DNA of 20,000 nucleotides, from the IMG/VR virus record IMGVR_UViG_3300037466_001622; one strand, written 5' to 3'. The stretch's first letter is position 1, and each line of letters starts with the position of its first letter. Positions 7,361-14,278 of this stretch are shown one piece after another. The notes below the pieces were generated by a model, which was not told the origin of the DNA, ran no database searches, and saw only the letters and a program-made list of their open reading frames with translations. The DNA is from an uncultured virus (IMG/VR IMGVR_UViG_3300037466_001622) (lineage: Duplodnaviria > Heunggongvirae > Uroviricota > Caudoviricetes). The position numbers and the translations under genes were made by a program.

Positions 7361-9711
7361 TACACCATCCCCCTAGTCTTAGCTTCCTTGATCGCTTTGA
7401 CGACCTTCGGCGTAAACTCGCGATCGAACTTCTTGAGCGCGGCAGTCACCTGCTCGCCCGCGTCGTTGCCGCCGCCCTGTACCGATATAACCGGCGCGAA
7501 GGTCACACTCGTATCACCACCACGCGCAGGAGCATTAATCGACGGCATCTGCGGCGCGCTAATAGCCCTGCCGCGGCGCAGTGCCTCGACGGCAGCCACG
7601 CCGCCGTTGCGCGCGATATCGTCCTGGCTGAAAACCACCTCGCCCTTGTGCACCAGGCCAGCGACGTCCTTCTTGCCGCCAGGACCGGTATAGCCGCCCG
7701 TGTCCCATAAGCCGACACCGCCCCAAGTGCCGCCACCGCTAGGCGCGGCGGGAAAGGCACCCGAAGAGCCGCTTCCAGTCAGGAAGCTAAGAATGCTGCC
7801 AAGACCACCGCCGCCACTCGCCGAGTTGGCCTGCATGATGCTGTCGATAAGATCGTTCTCTATTTTGTCGATGATCTTATCGAGCGCATTGAGCGCGATC
7901 TTCTGGAAGTCCTGCCAGTCAAGCTTGCCGTCGTCTAGCGCTGAGCGCAGGTCGTCAAATGCACCCTTCAGCAAGTCTTGCTGAAGCTGCTGCATCTCCT
8001 GCGCCTTCTTGAGCGCATCGGCTTGCCGCGCGTACGCTTCTGACACTGCGTCAATCTGCGCGATCTGCTGCGGCGACAACTGCGCATTCTGCCAGTCCGC
8101 GTCGCCCTTCTTTCGGGCTTCCTCGCGGACTTGCTTCAACGCCTGCTGCTCGAGGTCGAGAGCCGTCTTGCGCTTGGTTTGCTCCTCGTAGGAAAGCCCA
8201 AGCGCCGCCATTTCTTCATTCAGGGCCGCAGTGCGGTCCTTGATGGCCTGCAGGTCGTTTGAGAACTGGTCATCGGCGGTGATTTTCGGTGCATGGAATC
8301 TATGTTTCCGCGCATATGCTGCAGCCGCCTTATCGCTAGATGCGCCAAGGTCTTCCTTATTCGGGAAGGACGGTATTGGTATTTCTACGCCGTCCGGAAC
8401 TCGTTGCGGGCTTTCGTGCCTTCCATTTGGAGATCCGCCACTGTTAGCATAAACAGAATTAACCGCATCGCTGGCGTTTCTGGCAGCGATAATAATCTTT
8501 CCGATCGATGCGATTATTGACGAGAAGTCAGGATTTGCCTGCTCAAGTCTGGCTAGAGCTTGGTTGATTTCATCAAGACTTTCCGTGCCATCTTTTGCCT
8601 TGGCGAAAAGGTCTTCCAATTCTTTTTGAAGTGGCTTTGACGAAATGCCGTCAACCATCTGCTGAAACTGTGCGACAGTATCGACAACTCCGGACACCGC
8701 CTGAGTCACAACAGGAAGCGACGCAGCCGTGTCTGCTGCCGCAGCAGTCAATCCAAGAAGAACATCTCGAGTGCCGTCAAGATTTTTGGGGTCTGCTTTT
8801 GCGAGGTTTGTCACCTCGTCACGAAACGCCTTAACATCAGGAGTTCCGTTCCTCGCCCCTTCGGCAAGCTTCTCAATTGCAGTCCTAAATGGCTCAAATG
8901 TAGAAATTAGGGATTTTGAAAGCGGTCCCTGATTGCCGCCGCCTGCACCGATCGTCTTATAAAGGTCATCAAGCACACCCTTAAGTTGGGCGCCCAGCGC
9001 GGCCTTTATGTCTTTTACAGATTTTTCATTGAGGGCATTTACGGTGTTTGCCGTATCGGAGGCGTATTTATGCTGCTTTCCGGCAACCTCGTCGTAGGCG
9101 TCACCGAGCCTCTTGATGTTGGCTTCGTGCGTCTTGAGTATCTCGTCAAGTGACTTTATGTTATTGCCACCGAGAGTCTCGTAAGCAATGAACGCAGCTG
9201 CGGCAACACCAACGGCAATTGCAACCTCGGGAAAGGCCGCAATCATGGCTAGCGCCTTGGTTTTTATCTCTCCGAACGCCGCGGTGATACCGCCTGGCTG
9301 CGAGGCGACAAAACTTAAGTGCGAAAGCTGACCGGTTAGCGCTTGAGTTGGCGATATGCCAAGAGCAAGCTGCTCGCCCACCGAACGCACAGAATGCAGC
9401 ATCGCCTGCATGGAGGCGCTTGTTCCGGACGCTGCGTGGCTTGTCTTATCTAGTCCATTTGCGGCGTCGGCAAGCGCACCCTTCCACTCCTTTAGCGGCT
9501 TAGCACCAGTGCTTGCGATGCCCATCATGTCATTGATGCGCTTCTGAATAGGCGTCAACGACTGATCGATACCCTTGCCAAGTCCGTCAAACTGCTTCTG
9601 GATCCCAGAGGTGGTCTGACCTATGTCCTGACCGAGTTGCTTAAGCTGTCTTTTGATGGTAGTAAGGTCGGTGCTTACCGAGATAAGAAGGTCGTCGGTT
9701 CTATCGGCCAT
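7360..9711 (-). CDS. Tail length tape measure protein
   Basis: 783 aa, Ala/Gln/Lys-rich and helical. It has a lambda-like N-terminal TMP segment (QLALGISPTQALTGQLSHL), a hydrophobic segment (AFPEVAIAVGVAAAAFIAY) and the conserved C-terminal motif TGGYTGPGGKKDVAGLVHKGEVVFSQ. It follows the chaperone genes. Confidence 0.93.
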   Translation of the reverse strand: MADRTDDLLISVSTDLTTIKRQLKQLGQDIGQTTSGIQKQFDGLGKGIDQSLTPIQKRINDMMGIASTGAKPLKEWKGALADAANGLDKTSHAASGTSASMQAMLHSVRSVGEQLALGISPTQALTGQLSHLSFVASQPGGITAAFGEIKTKALAMIAAFPEVAIAVGVAAAAFIAYETLGGNNIKSLDEILKTHEANIKRLGDAYDEVAGKQHKYASDTANTVNALNEKSVKDIKAALGAQLKGVLDDLYKTIGAGGGNQGPLSKSLISTFEPFRTAIEKLAEGARNGTPDVKAFRDEVTNLAKADPKNLDGTRDVLLGLTAAAADTAASLPVVTQAVSGVVDTVAQFQQMVDGISSKPLQKELEDLFAKAKDGTESLDEINQALARLEQANPDFSSIIASIGKIIIAARNASDAVNSVYANSGGSPNGRHESPQRVPDGVEIPIPSFPNKEDLGASSDKAAAAYARKHRFHAPKITADDQFSNDLQAIKDRTAALNEEMAALGLSYEEQTKRKTALDLEQQALKQVREEARKKGDADWQNAQLSPQQIAQIDAVSEAYARQADALKKAQEMQQLQQDLLKGAFDDLRSALDDGKLDWQDFQKIALNALDKIIDKIENDLIDSIMQANSASGGGGLGSILSFLTGSGSSGAFPAAPSGGGTWGGVGLWDTGGYTGPGGKKDVAGLVHKGEVVFSQDDIARNGGVAAVEALRRGRAISAPQMPSINAPARGGDTSVTFAPVISVQGGGNDAGEQVTAALKKFDREFTPKVVKAIKEAKTRGMV
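9637..9665 (+). promoter_or_regulatory. Candidate sigma70-type promoter for the plus-strand moron, inside the 5' end of the TMP gene
   Basis: TTGCTT (9637-9642), 17-nt spacer, then TAGTAA (9660-9665) preceded by TGG as an extended -10. It lacks the -7T, which is common in alphaproteobacterial promoters. Pattern match only. Confidence 0.3.
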
Positions 9712-9741
9712 ATTGAACCTTCTTACTGAAAGGGGAATAAA

Positions 9742-9996
9742 ATGAAGTGGCAGATTGGTGCTATATGCCTAACTGCGATTGCGGTAGGCGCTATCTACGC
9801 CGGGGCCAATGAACCTCCGGCAATTCATTACGACGCAGCCGCTTGCGAAAATAGACTAAACGACTTGCGTCTTTTTAAACTTGGAATCGAACCTCGTGGC
9901 GCGCCATTTAGCGCTGCCGGTACGGCTCAATATGTAGAAAGATGCGCATCATTGGATCGGCAGTTTGCAGCGGATGCTGCTGCAATCATCAACTAA
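9742..9996 (+). CDS. Moron: small secreted or membrane-anchored protein (84 aa), candidate superinfection exclusion
   Basis: Only credible plus-strand gene; strong RBS (AAGGGGA, then ATAAA, then ATG). It has a signal-peptide-like N-terminus MKWQIGAICLTAIAVGAIYAGA|N with an A-x-A site, and Cys35/Cys68 in the mature part. It fills the gap between the chaperone extension and the TMP, and has lower GC than the head genes. Confidence 0.75.
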   Translation: MKWQIGAICLTAIAVGAIYAGANEPPAIHYDAAACENRLNDLRLFKLGIEPRGAPFSAAGTAQYVERCASLDRQFAADAAAIIN

Positions 9997-10220
9997 CCGT
10001 ACCGCTCCAGCAGCGCAGCCATATCCTCGTCGCTCGGCCCGGCATCTTTGTTCTCGCCGCCGTTCAACTCGTTAAAGCCGTCGATCGCCATCATGTACTC
10101 GGTGAGCGTCGACCGCCAGAAAACCTCGGGAGTCCAATGAAGGGCGCCAAACGCGCCCTTCATCCAATCCCGCCAAGGCCACGGCCTTTCTATCCCGCCG
10201 CCACCGGAGCGGCGTCGCCG
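9993..10220 (-). CDS. Tail assembly chaperone C-terminal extension (lambda gpT-equivalent), reached by -1 frameshift; internal ATG at 10163 gives only 56 aa
   Basis: The -1 frame relative to the chaperone is open from the slippery site to TAG at 9993-9995. It encodes ...WPWRDWMKGAFGALHWTPEVFWRSTLTEYMMAIDGF...PSDEDMAALLERYG, matching the typical LxWxPxxFWxxTxxE chaperone motif. It is not in the ORF track. Confidence 0.85.
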   Translation of the reverse strand, partial: RRRRSGGGGIERPWPWRDWMKGAFGALHWTPEVFWRSTLTEYMMAIDGFNELNGGENKDAGPSDEDMAALLERYG

Positions 10221-10528
10221 TTTCCCTCGTCATCCTTGAAATGATGAGAAAGCGCCAGCGCAAAGGCGTCGGCGCATGCCTTGAAGTGCTTGAGCTTAAG
10301 CTTGGCAGCGGCAGCCGCCGCGTCACCGCGCACGGTCAGCAGTTCGATGGCGGCATTGGTTGCCGCCACCTCAACGCCAGACAGGCGCACAAACAGGTCC
10401 CCAAGCGACTTGCATTCCAGCCGCGTGGAGACCGCGGCAAGGCCCTGCATAGTGGCAGCAATTACGAGGTCAACGCCGCCCACGTTAAGTGCGACTTCCC
10501 CTCTCGCGCCGTTAACCTCTAATGCCAT
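10190..10528 (-). CDS. Tail assembly chaperone (lambda gpG-equivalent, GTA gp10-like family)
   Basis: 112 aa immediately after the tail tube gene; N-terminal VNGARGEVALNVGG...ATMQGLA pattern; ends at a slippery site. Confidence 0.85.
   Translation of the reverse strand: MALEVNGARGEVALNVGGVDLVIAATMQGLAAVSTRLECKSLGDLFVRLSGVEVAATNAAIELLTVRGDAAAAAAKLKLKHFKACADAFALALSHHFKDDEGNGDAAPVAAG
10199..10226 (-). other. Programmed -1 ribosomal frameshift signal: slippery heptamer G GGA AAC plus downstream hairpin
   Basis: Minus-strand GAG GGA AAC (10226-10220) is an X XXY YYZ heptamer in frame, near the chaperone stop. Five nt downstream is CGCCGC-UCCG-GUGGCG (10214-10199). Confidence 0.85.
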
Positions 10529-10532
10529 TCAC

Positions 10533-10967
10533 TTACTCCGCAACAAACGAAAGGGCGCCGGCAGCATTGAAGGTGCCGTTAAAGCCCATGGTGCCTTCCT
10601 GCTCGCCAGTCAGTTCAAACGAGGTCACATACCAGGATCCGGTAAAGGTTCCGAGACCGGGGACGATGACCTTCGCGTTGAACGCCGTAGCGGCAGTGAC
10701 GTAGCCCATAAAGGTGTTCTGAGCGTCGCCAGCAACGAACTTGCCCGACCCGGTAAAGGTGCGGTTCTTGATGCCGGGAACGCCAGTCTTTTGCGGCGTG
10801 TTGCCGGGATTGTCGCAGTCGGGGATGGTGGTGTCGACGTCGTTGGCCGACATATTGAAAGAGCGCGTCTGCAGGCCGCAGAGGTTGGTGAAGGTCTCAG
10901 GGCTGCCGCCGTCACCGATTTGGATAAGCAAAAGACGGCCAGTCTGCTGGCCGGGAGTAACTGCCAT
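10533..10967 (-). CDS. Major tail (tube) protein, TP901-1/GTA-like family
   Basis: 144 aa, strong TAGGAG RBS; motifs GRLLLIQIGDGGSPETFTNLCGLQTRSFN...DTTIPDC and VPGLGTFTGSWYVTSFELTGE. Confidence 0.92.
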   Translation of the reverse strand: MAVTPGQQTGRLLLIQIGDGGSPETFTNLCGLQTRSFNMSANDVDTTIPDCDNPGNTPQKTGVPGIKNRTFTGSGKFVAGDAQNTFMGYVTAATAFNAKVIVPGLGTFTGSWYVTSFELTGEQEGTMGFNGTFNAAGALSFVAE

Positions 10968-11006
10968 TTTAGGCTCCTATAGAGGGGATTGTGGTTTGGT
11001 CGCGGT

Positions 11007-11435
11007 CTAGGATTCGATTACCGCTTCGAAGTCGATGACCGCATGGCCAGTCACGCCGTCTTGGTCATAGAACACCCGCTCGCCGCGGTGCTCCAGCGTC
11101 ACTAGCCGCTTGCTTGGCAGTGCTAGTGGGTAGTCATGCAGTGCGTTGGCAATCTCATAAGCGATTGCCCTGGCGTCCTGCAGCGCGCCCCCGGTATTCG
11201 GAAGCGGATTGCTTTCGTCGGTCCAGACGTGGATTGCCAGATCGACAATCGTGCCGCTAACGCATTGCATGTCGGCTCGCCTTGTAGTGGCGTCATCGAC
11301 AGTCACATAAGGCGGCGAGAATGACGCTGGCGGCCGATAGAAAATCTTGCTGGCCGGAACCAGGCTTGTCAGCGCAGTGTAGTTGCGCAGTCTTGCCGTC
11401 GCTACGCCGACGAGCTCGTGTGCCGGAGCGGACAT
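11007..11435 (-). CDS. Tail terminator / completion protein, DUF3168-like
   Basis: Motifs FSPPYVTV...LAIHVW...ARAIAYEIANALH...DQDGVTGHAVIDFEA; located just upstream of the tail tube gene. Confidence 0.85.
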   Translation of the reverse strand: MSAPAHELVGVATARLRNYTALTSLVPASKIFYRPPASFSPPYVTVDDATTRRADMQCVSGTIVDLAIHVWTDESNPLPNTGGALQDARAIAYEIANALHDYPLALPSKRLVTLEHRGERVFYDQDGVTGHAVIDFEAVIES

Positions 11436-11444
11436 GGCATTTCC

Positions 11445-11948
11445 TTACTTGCTGCTAGCAGCCTTGACTGCTTTGCTTATGGCGCGGCTAATTTTGGCCT
11501 TGGCAGCCTTGCGCATGGCCTTCCAAGTGTAGAAAACGAATGGCTGCGCGCGGGAGCCGGGATGGTCGACGGATGGCGTGGAGACGCGCGTGCCGTCCTT
11601 AGCCGTAAACACAAGGTTGTTTCCGTTGCGCCCCGTTATCTTGTGGGGAGCCGTTCCATGCTCGACAAATTTCCATGTGAAGTCAGCGTAGACACCGGTT
11701 GCATCCGGATCCTTGGACGGATTGCCGCCAATCGCCTTTGCGCCAGGCATATCGGCCTGCCGCGCACCGATGATACTGTCTTTCAACGCTCCGGTCGCGC
11801 CAGTCGGTGCCCTTGATGCAATGCGGCTGGCCGCCTCTCGAGCAACCTCAAGCTTCGCCTGCGCTGCTGCCGCGGTAGCCTCTGGCACCAACTCGTCAAG
11901 TCGTCGCTGCAATGCTTCGCGGCCGATAATCTTGGTTTGGAATGCCAC
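11445..11948 (-). CDS. HK97 gp10-family morphogenesis protein (167 aa)
   Basis: Motifs APTGATGALKDSI, KFVEHGT and HPGSRAQPF. Start placed at GTG 11948 (TAGTG overlap with the upstream stop) rather than the ORF-track start at 11972. Confidence 0.88.
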   Translation of the reverse strand: MAFQTKIIGREALQRRLDELVPEATAAAAQAKLEVAREAASRIASRAPTGATGALKDSIIGARQADMPGAKAIGGNPSKDPDATGVYADFTWKFVEHGTAPHKITGRNGNNLVFTAKDGTRVSTPSVDHPGSRAQPFVFYTWKAMRKAAKAKISRAISKAVKAASSK

Positions 11949-12331
11949 TACGATGCCTCGCCTTCGACACATAGCATCTCAAGATAGGCGCCCTGCTCAT
12001 CCGGGTTGATGATCGTCTTGATGTTCCAGAGTCGCGCAGGCTTGCCGTCTACGATGCCCTTTCGAGCATCATAGAAGCGCCAGTCAGCGCGCACGGCGCG
12101 CGTGTCCGCGCATCCGCGCACCGTGAGATTATAAGGCTGCAGAGATGCGAGGCGCGCCGCTGTGACGGTCTCTGAGGTCAAGCGTGGCGCGATTGGCGCG
12201 AGCCGAGCAGAGATGGTGAACACGTCGACAAAGTCGCCAGTGACGTCGTTGCCGTACTCGTCCTGCACCACCGCGCGCCGCTGAAACGTCACTTTGCAGT
12301 TTAGGGAGCCTGCGCCGCTTCGCTTGGCCAT
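11948..12331 (-). CDS. Head closure / head-tail adaptor (SPP1 gp16-like, 127 aa)
   Basis: Motifs AGSLNCKVTFQRR...DEYGN and WNIKTIINPDEQGAYLEMLCVEG. Start placed at ATG 12331 (MAKRSGAG) instead of the ORF-track start at 12487. Confidence 0.88.
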   Translation of the reverse strand: MAKRSGAGSLNCKVTFQRRAVVQDEYGNDVTGDFVDVFTISARLAPIAPRLTSETVTAARLASLQPYNLTVRGCADTRAVRADWRFYDARKGIVDGKPARLWNIKTIINPDEQGAYLEMLCVEGEAS

Positions 12332-12510
12332 TCTTGCGGATCCACTTCTATCGGAGTCGCGTCCTTGCTGGCCTTGCGCAGCCGAATAGCTACGCCCGCA
12401 GCAGTCGCCTTGTCGGCGCAATCTCGCGTCACGTTGAAATCGCCAACCGGGTACGCAATGGTAAATCCCGGCTGGCGATAATCCCAAGGCTGGCTAAACC
12501 GCACCCACAT
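12301..12510 (-). CDS. Small hypothetical head-region protein (69 aa)
   Basis: TAATG overlap with the upstream gene; fills the gap in the operon; N-terminus resembles the 83-aa ORF at 13529-13780. Confidence 0.65.
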   Translation of the reverse strand: MWVRFSQPWDYRQPGFTIAYPVGDFNVTRDCADKATAAGVAIRLRKASKDATPIEVDPQEWPSEAAQAP

Positions 12511-12917
12511 TACAGCGCGGCGTCGGGCGCCTGAATATCGACATTGATGCTGGTGGCGCTGGTGGCCATGCCGATAAACGCAGGATGGTCGCCGGTCGTC
12601 AGGTCGCCAACGGGCACAATGGCACCCGGCGTGCCGCCGAGGTAATAGGCGACGCCAGGCGTAACGGTCGCGCCAATCGTGATGGCGCCGCTAGTCAGAA
12701 CGGCAAGCGGCTGGCCGGAAGCGGCGGCATGCAGTGCAATACCTTTCGGCTTGCGCACGATCGCCGAGGCGTCGTTGGTGTCGGCAAGCTTGTAGGTGTT
12801 GTCCGCCGCCTTATAGACGACCTGGCCGGCCGTCACAGAGGCACCAGCGGTGCCGTTGTCGCGCGTAGAGTTCGCGCCGGCCAGGACACTGGCCGCGGTG
12901 ATGGTAAGTGCCGTCAA
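12510..12917 (-). CDS. Putative capsid or neck decoration protein (beta-tulip / DUF2190-like), TTG start
   Basis: AGGAGG RBS 5 nt before TTG 12917. Ala/Gly/Thr-rich; AGASVTAGQVVY...YKLAD...GIALHAAASGQ...GVAYYL...GAI resembles trimeric decoration or head-fibre base proteins. Confidence 0.6.
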   Translation of the reverse strand: MTALTITAASVLAGANSTRDNGTAGASVTAGQVVYKAADNTYKLADTNDASAIVRKPKGIALHAAASGQPLAVLTSGAITIGATVTPGVAYYLGGTPGAIVPVGDLTTGDHPAFIGMATSATSINVDIQAPDAAL

Positions 12918-12935
12918 TGCGGCCTCCTGTTTGTT

Positions 12936-13523
12936 TTAACTAGGCCAAAATCTTAGTGGCATAAGCAGCGCGTCGACGCCTTTTGGCATCTCCGACAGGC
13001 TGATTTCAGCCGCGTTCTCACGATGCTCATACCATTGCGCCACAAGCAGCATGATTGCGTGCTTAACGACTGGAGGAGTTGTCTCGTATCCGGCTGTAAA
13101 CGTGATTTTTACGGATTCTGGCTCAAGCCTTGTGTTCGGCCAGGTCGACCCGAATGCCGGCAGCACGAAACCGGCAGAGTTGACGGAATCTATGCCAAAC
13201 TCCCTAAAATCAGATATCGTCTGCGTCGTTCCGTTGATGTCGACATACTCAATGGCATCAACAGACCGGAGCGGCGGAAGCGGAAGCGCTATCTTGCCGC
13301 ACTTATCTGACGGAAAGCCGTCTAAAATCAATTGCCACTTGCGCTCCGCTATGCTTCGCCCAAGCCAGGCCGGATCAGGTCCGTCAACGTGACTGGCGGC
13401 GACGGCAATTAGCGACTCAAGATAGGCATCATCGTCATCGAAGTCGACGGCGCGGACCTGGCTTTTAATCTCTGCCGCTGTAACGAGTGGCGCCGAAGCG
13501 TCAGTTATCAACTTCAGCGCCAT
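12936..13523 (-). CDS. Head-tail connector (HK97 gp6 / phiE125 gp8-like)
   Basis: Motifs VTAAEIKSQVR...DDDDAYLESLIAVA, LGRSIAERKW, VKITFTAGY and VKHAIMLLVAQWYEHRE. Confidence 0.92.
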   Translation of the reverse strand: MALKLITDASAPLVTAAEIKSQVRAVDFDDDDAYLESLIAVAASHVDGPDPAWLGRSIAERKWQLILDGFPSDKCGKIALPLPPLRSVDAIEYVDINGTTQTISDFREFGIDSVNSAGFVLPAFGSTWPNTRLEPESVKITFTAGYETTPPVVKHAIMLLVAQWYEHRENAAEISLSEMPKGVDALLMPLRFWPS

Positions 13524-13528
13524 TTCGC

Positions 13529-13780
13529 CTATTTCCTACGTCTGCGATTATCAACGCGGTTTTCAGGGGCCACAAACATTGCCCCAACCTCTGGCTCGAC
13601 TGCGACTGCCTCATCGACATCATCGATAGGATTCAGCGGGGCCGCTTCCTCAATGTACTTTTCGAAGAGAAGGCCATCGGTTGACGAGCCAAAATCCTCA
13701 CGCTCGTCGCCGATAATCAGCTCGACGGCGTGAATGCCGTCCGCATAATATGCGAACGGCCTCACAACTTTATACGCCAT
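13529..13780 (-). CDS. Small hypothetical head-region protein (83 aa)
   Basis: TAATG overlap with the upstream gene. Beta-rich N-terminus, acidic linker and basic tail (APENRVDNRRRRK), typical of small proteins between capsid and connector genes. Confidence 0.7.
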   Translation of the reverse strand: MAYKVVRPFAYYADGIHAVELIIGDEREDFGSSTDGLLFEKYIEEAAPLNPIDDVDEAVAVEPEVGAMFVAPENRVDNRRRRK

Positions 13781-14214
13781 TACGCGGGCGGGTTAGCCGA
13801 AGGCTTACTGCGCGCGTTGCCAAGCAGCCAGACGCCCGCGACGCAGGCGTTGCCGGTGTTGTTGGCGGGGGTAATGGTCACGCGCACATAGCGCTTCGGG
13901 CCGATATAGCCGATCTTGAACACCTTGTCGTCGTCGGCGAAGGTGAAGCCGGCAAGCACTTCCGTGCCAAGCAGGAAGGTGTCGGCAACCGCAGAGGCGT
14001 CCGACAGATTTGACGCGTCGCCATCCTCAACCAGGACGGTGAAAGTCGCGTCGGCATCAGCCAGCGAACCGGTCAGGATCAAGAATTCGACCGAAGAGTA
14101 ACCGGACGTGTCGACAATCTGCGAAACGATCGCGGTGTTATCGGTCTGCGCCGCTGCGACCGGCGAAATGCCGCGCTTGGGCGCAATGTTATTGTGAAGG
14201 TCTTTCGAAGCCAT
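13780..14214 (-). CDS. Capsid cement / decoration protein, Bbp16-like (Bordetella phage BPP-1 cement family)
   Basis: Immediately after the major capsid gene with an AAGGAG RBS. Motifs VD...ATFTVLVEDGDASNLSDA and KRYVRVTIT resemble the jelly-roll cement pattern (recalled, not aligned). Confidence 0.65.
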   Translation of the reverse strand: MASKDLHNNIAPKRGISPVAAAQTDNTAIVSQIVDTSGYSSVEFLILTGSLADADATFTVLVEDGDASNLSDASAVADTFLLGTEVLAGFTFADDDKVFKIGYIGPKRYVRVTITPANNTGNACVAGVWLLGNARSKPSANPPA

Positions 14215-14242
14215 ATGGCTTACTCCTTTTCAGAATGGGGTT

Positions 14243-14264
14243 GGGCGGCCACTAAGGACCGCCC
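14243..14264 (-). promoter_or_regulatory. GC-rich hairpin downstream of the major capsid gene (mRNA stabiliser or partial terminator)
   Basis: Minus strand GGGCGGUC-CUUAGU-GGCCGCCC forms an 8-bp stem with one G-U pair. There is no U-tract after it, so it is not a canonical intrinsic terminator. Confidence 0.55.
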
Positions 14265-14278
14265 GCCAATGGCCAAGA

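Noticed and set aside
10072..10326. 84-aa minus-strand ORF as the chaperone extension
   Set aside because: This is the wrong frame. The conserved WxPxxFW motif is in the -1 frame ending at 9993.
12332..12487. 52-aa N-terminal extension of the head closure protein
   Set aside because: It overlaps the 69-aa gene; family-like sequence begins at MAKRSGAG (12331).
14243..14264. Rho-independent terminator after the capsid gene
   Set aside because: The hairpin is real but is followed by AACCCC rather than a U-tract, so it is kept only as a structural element.
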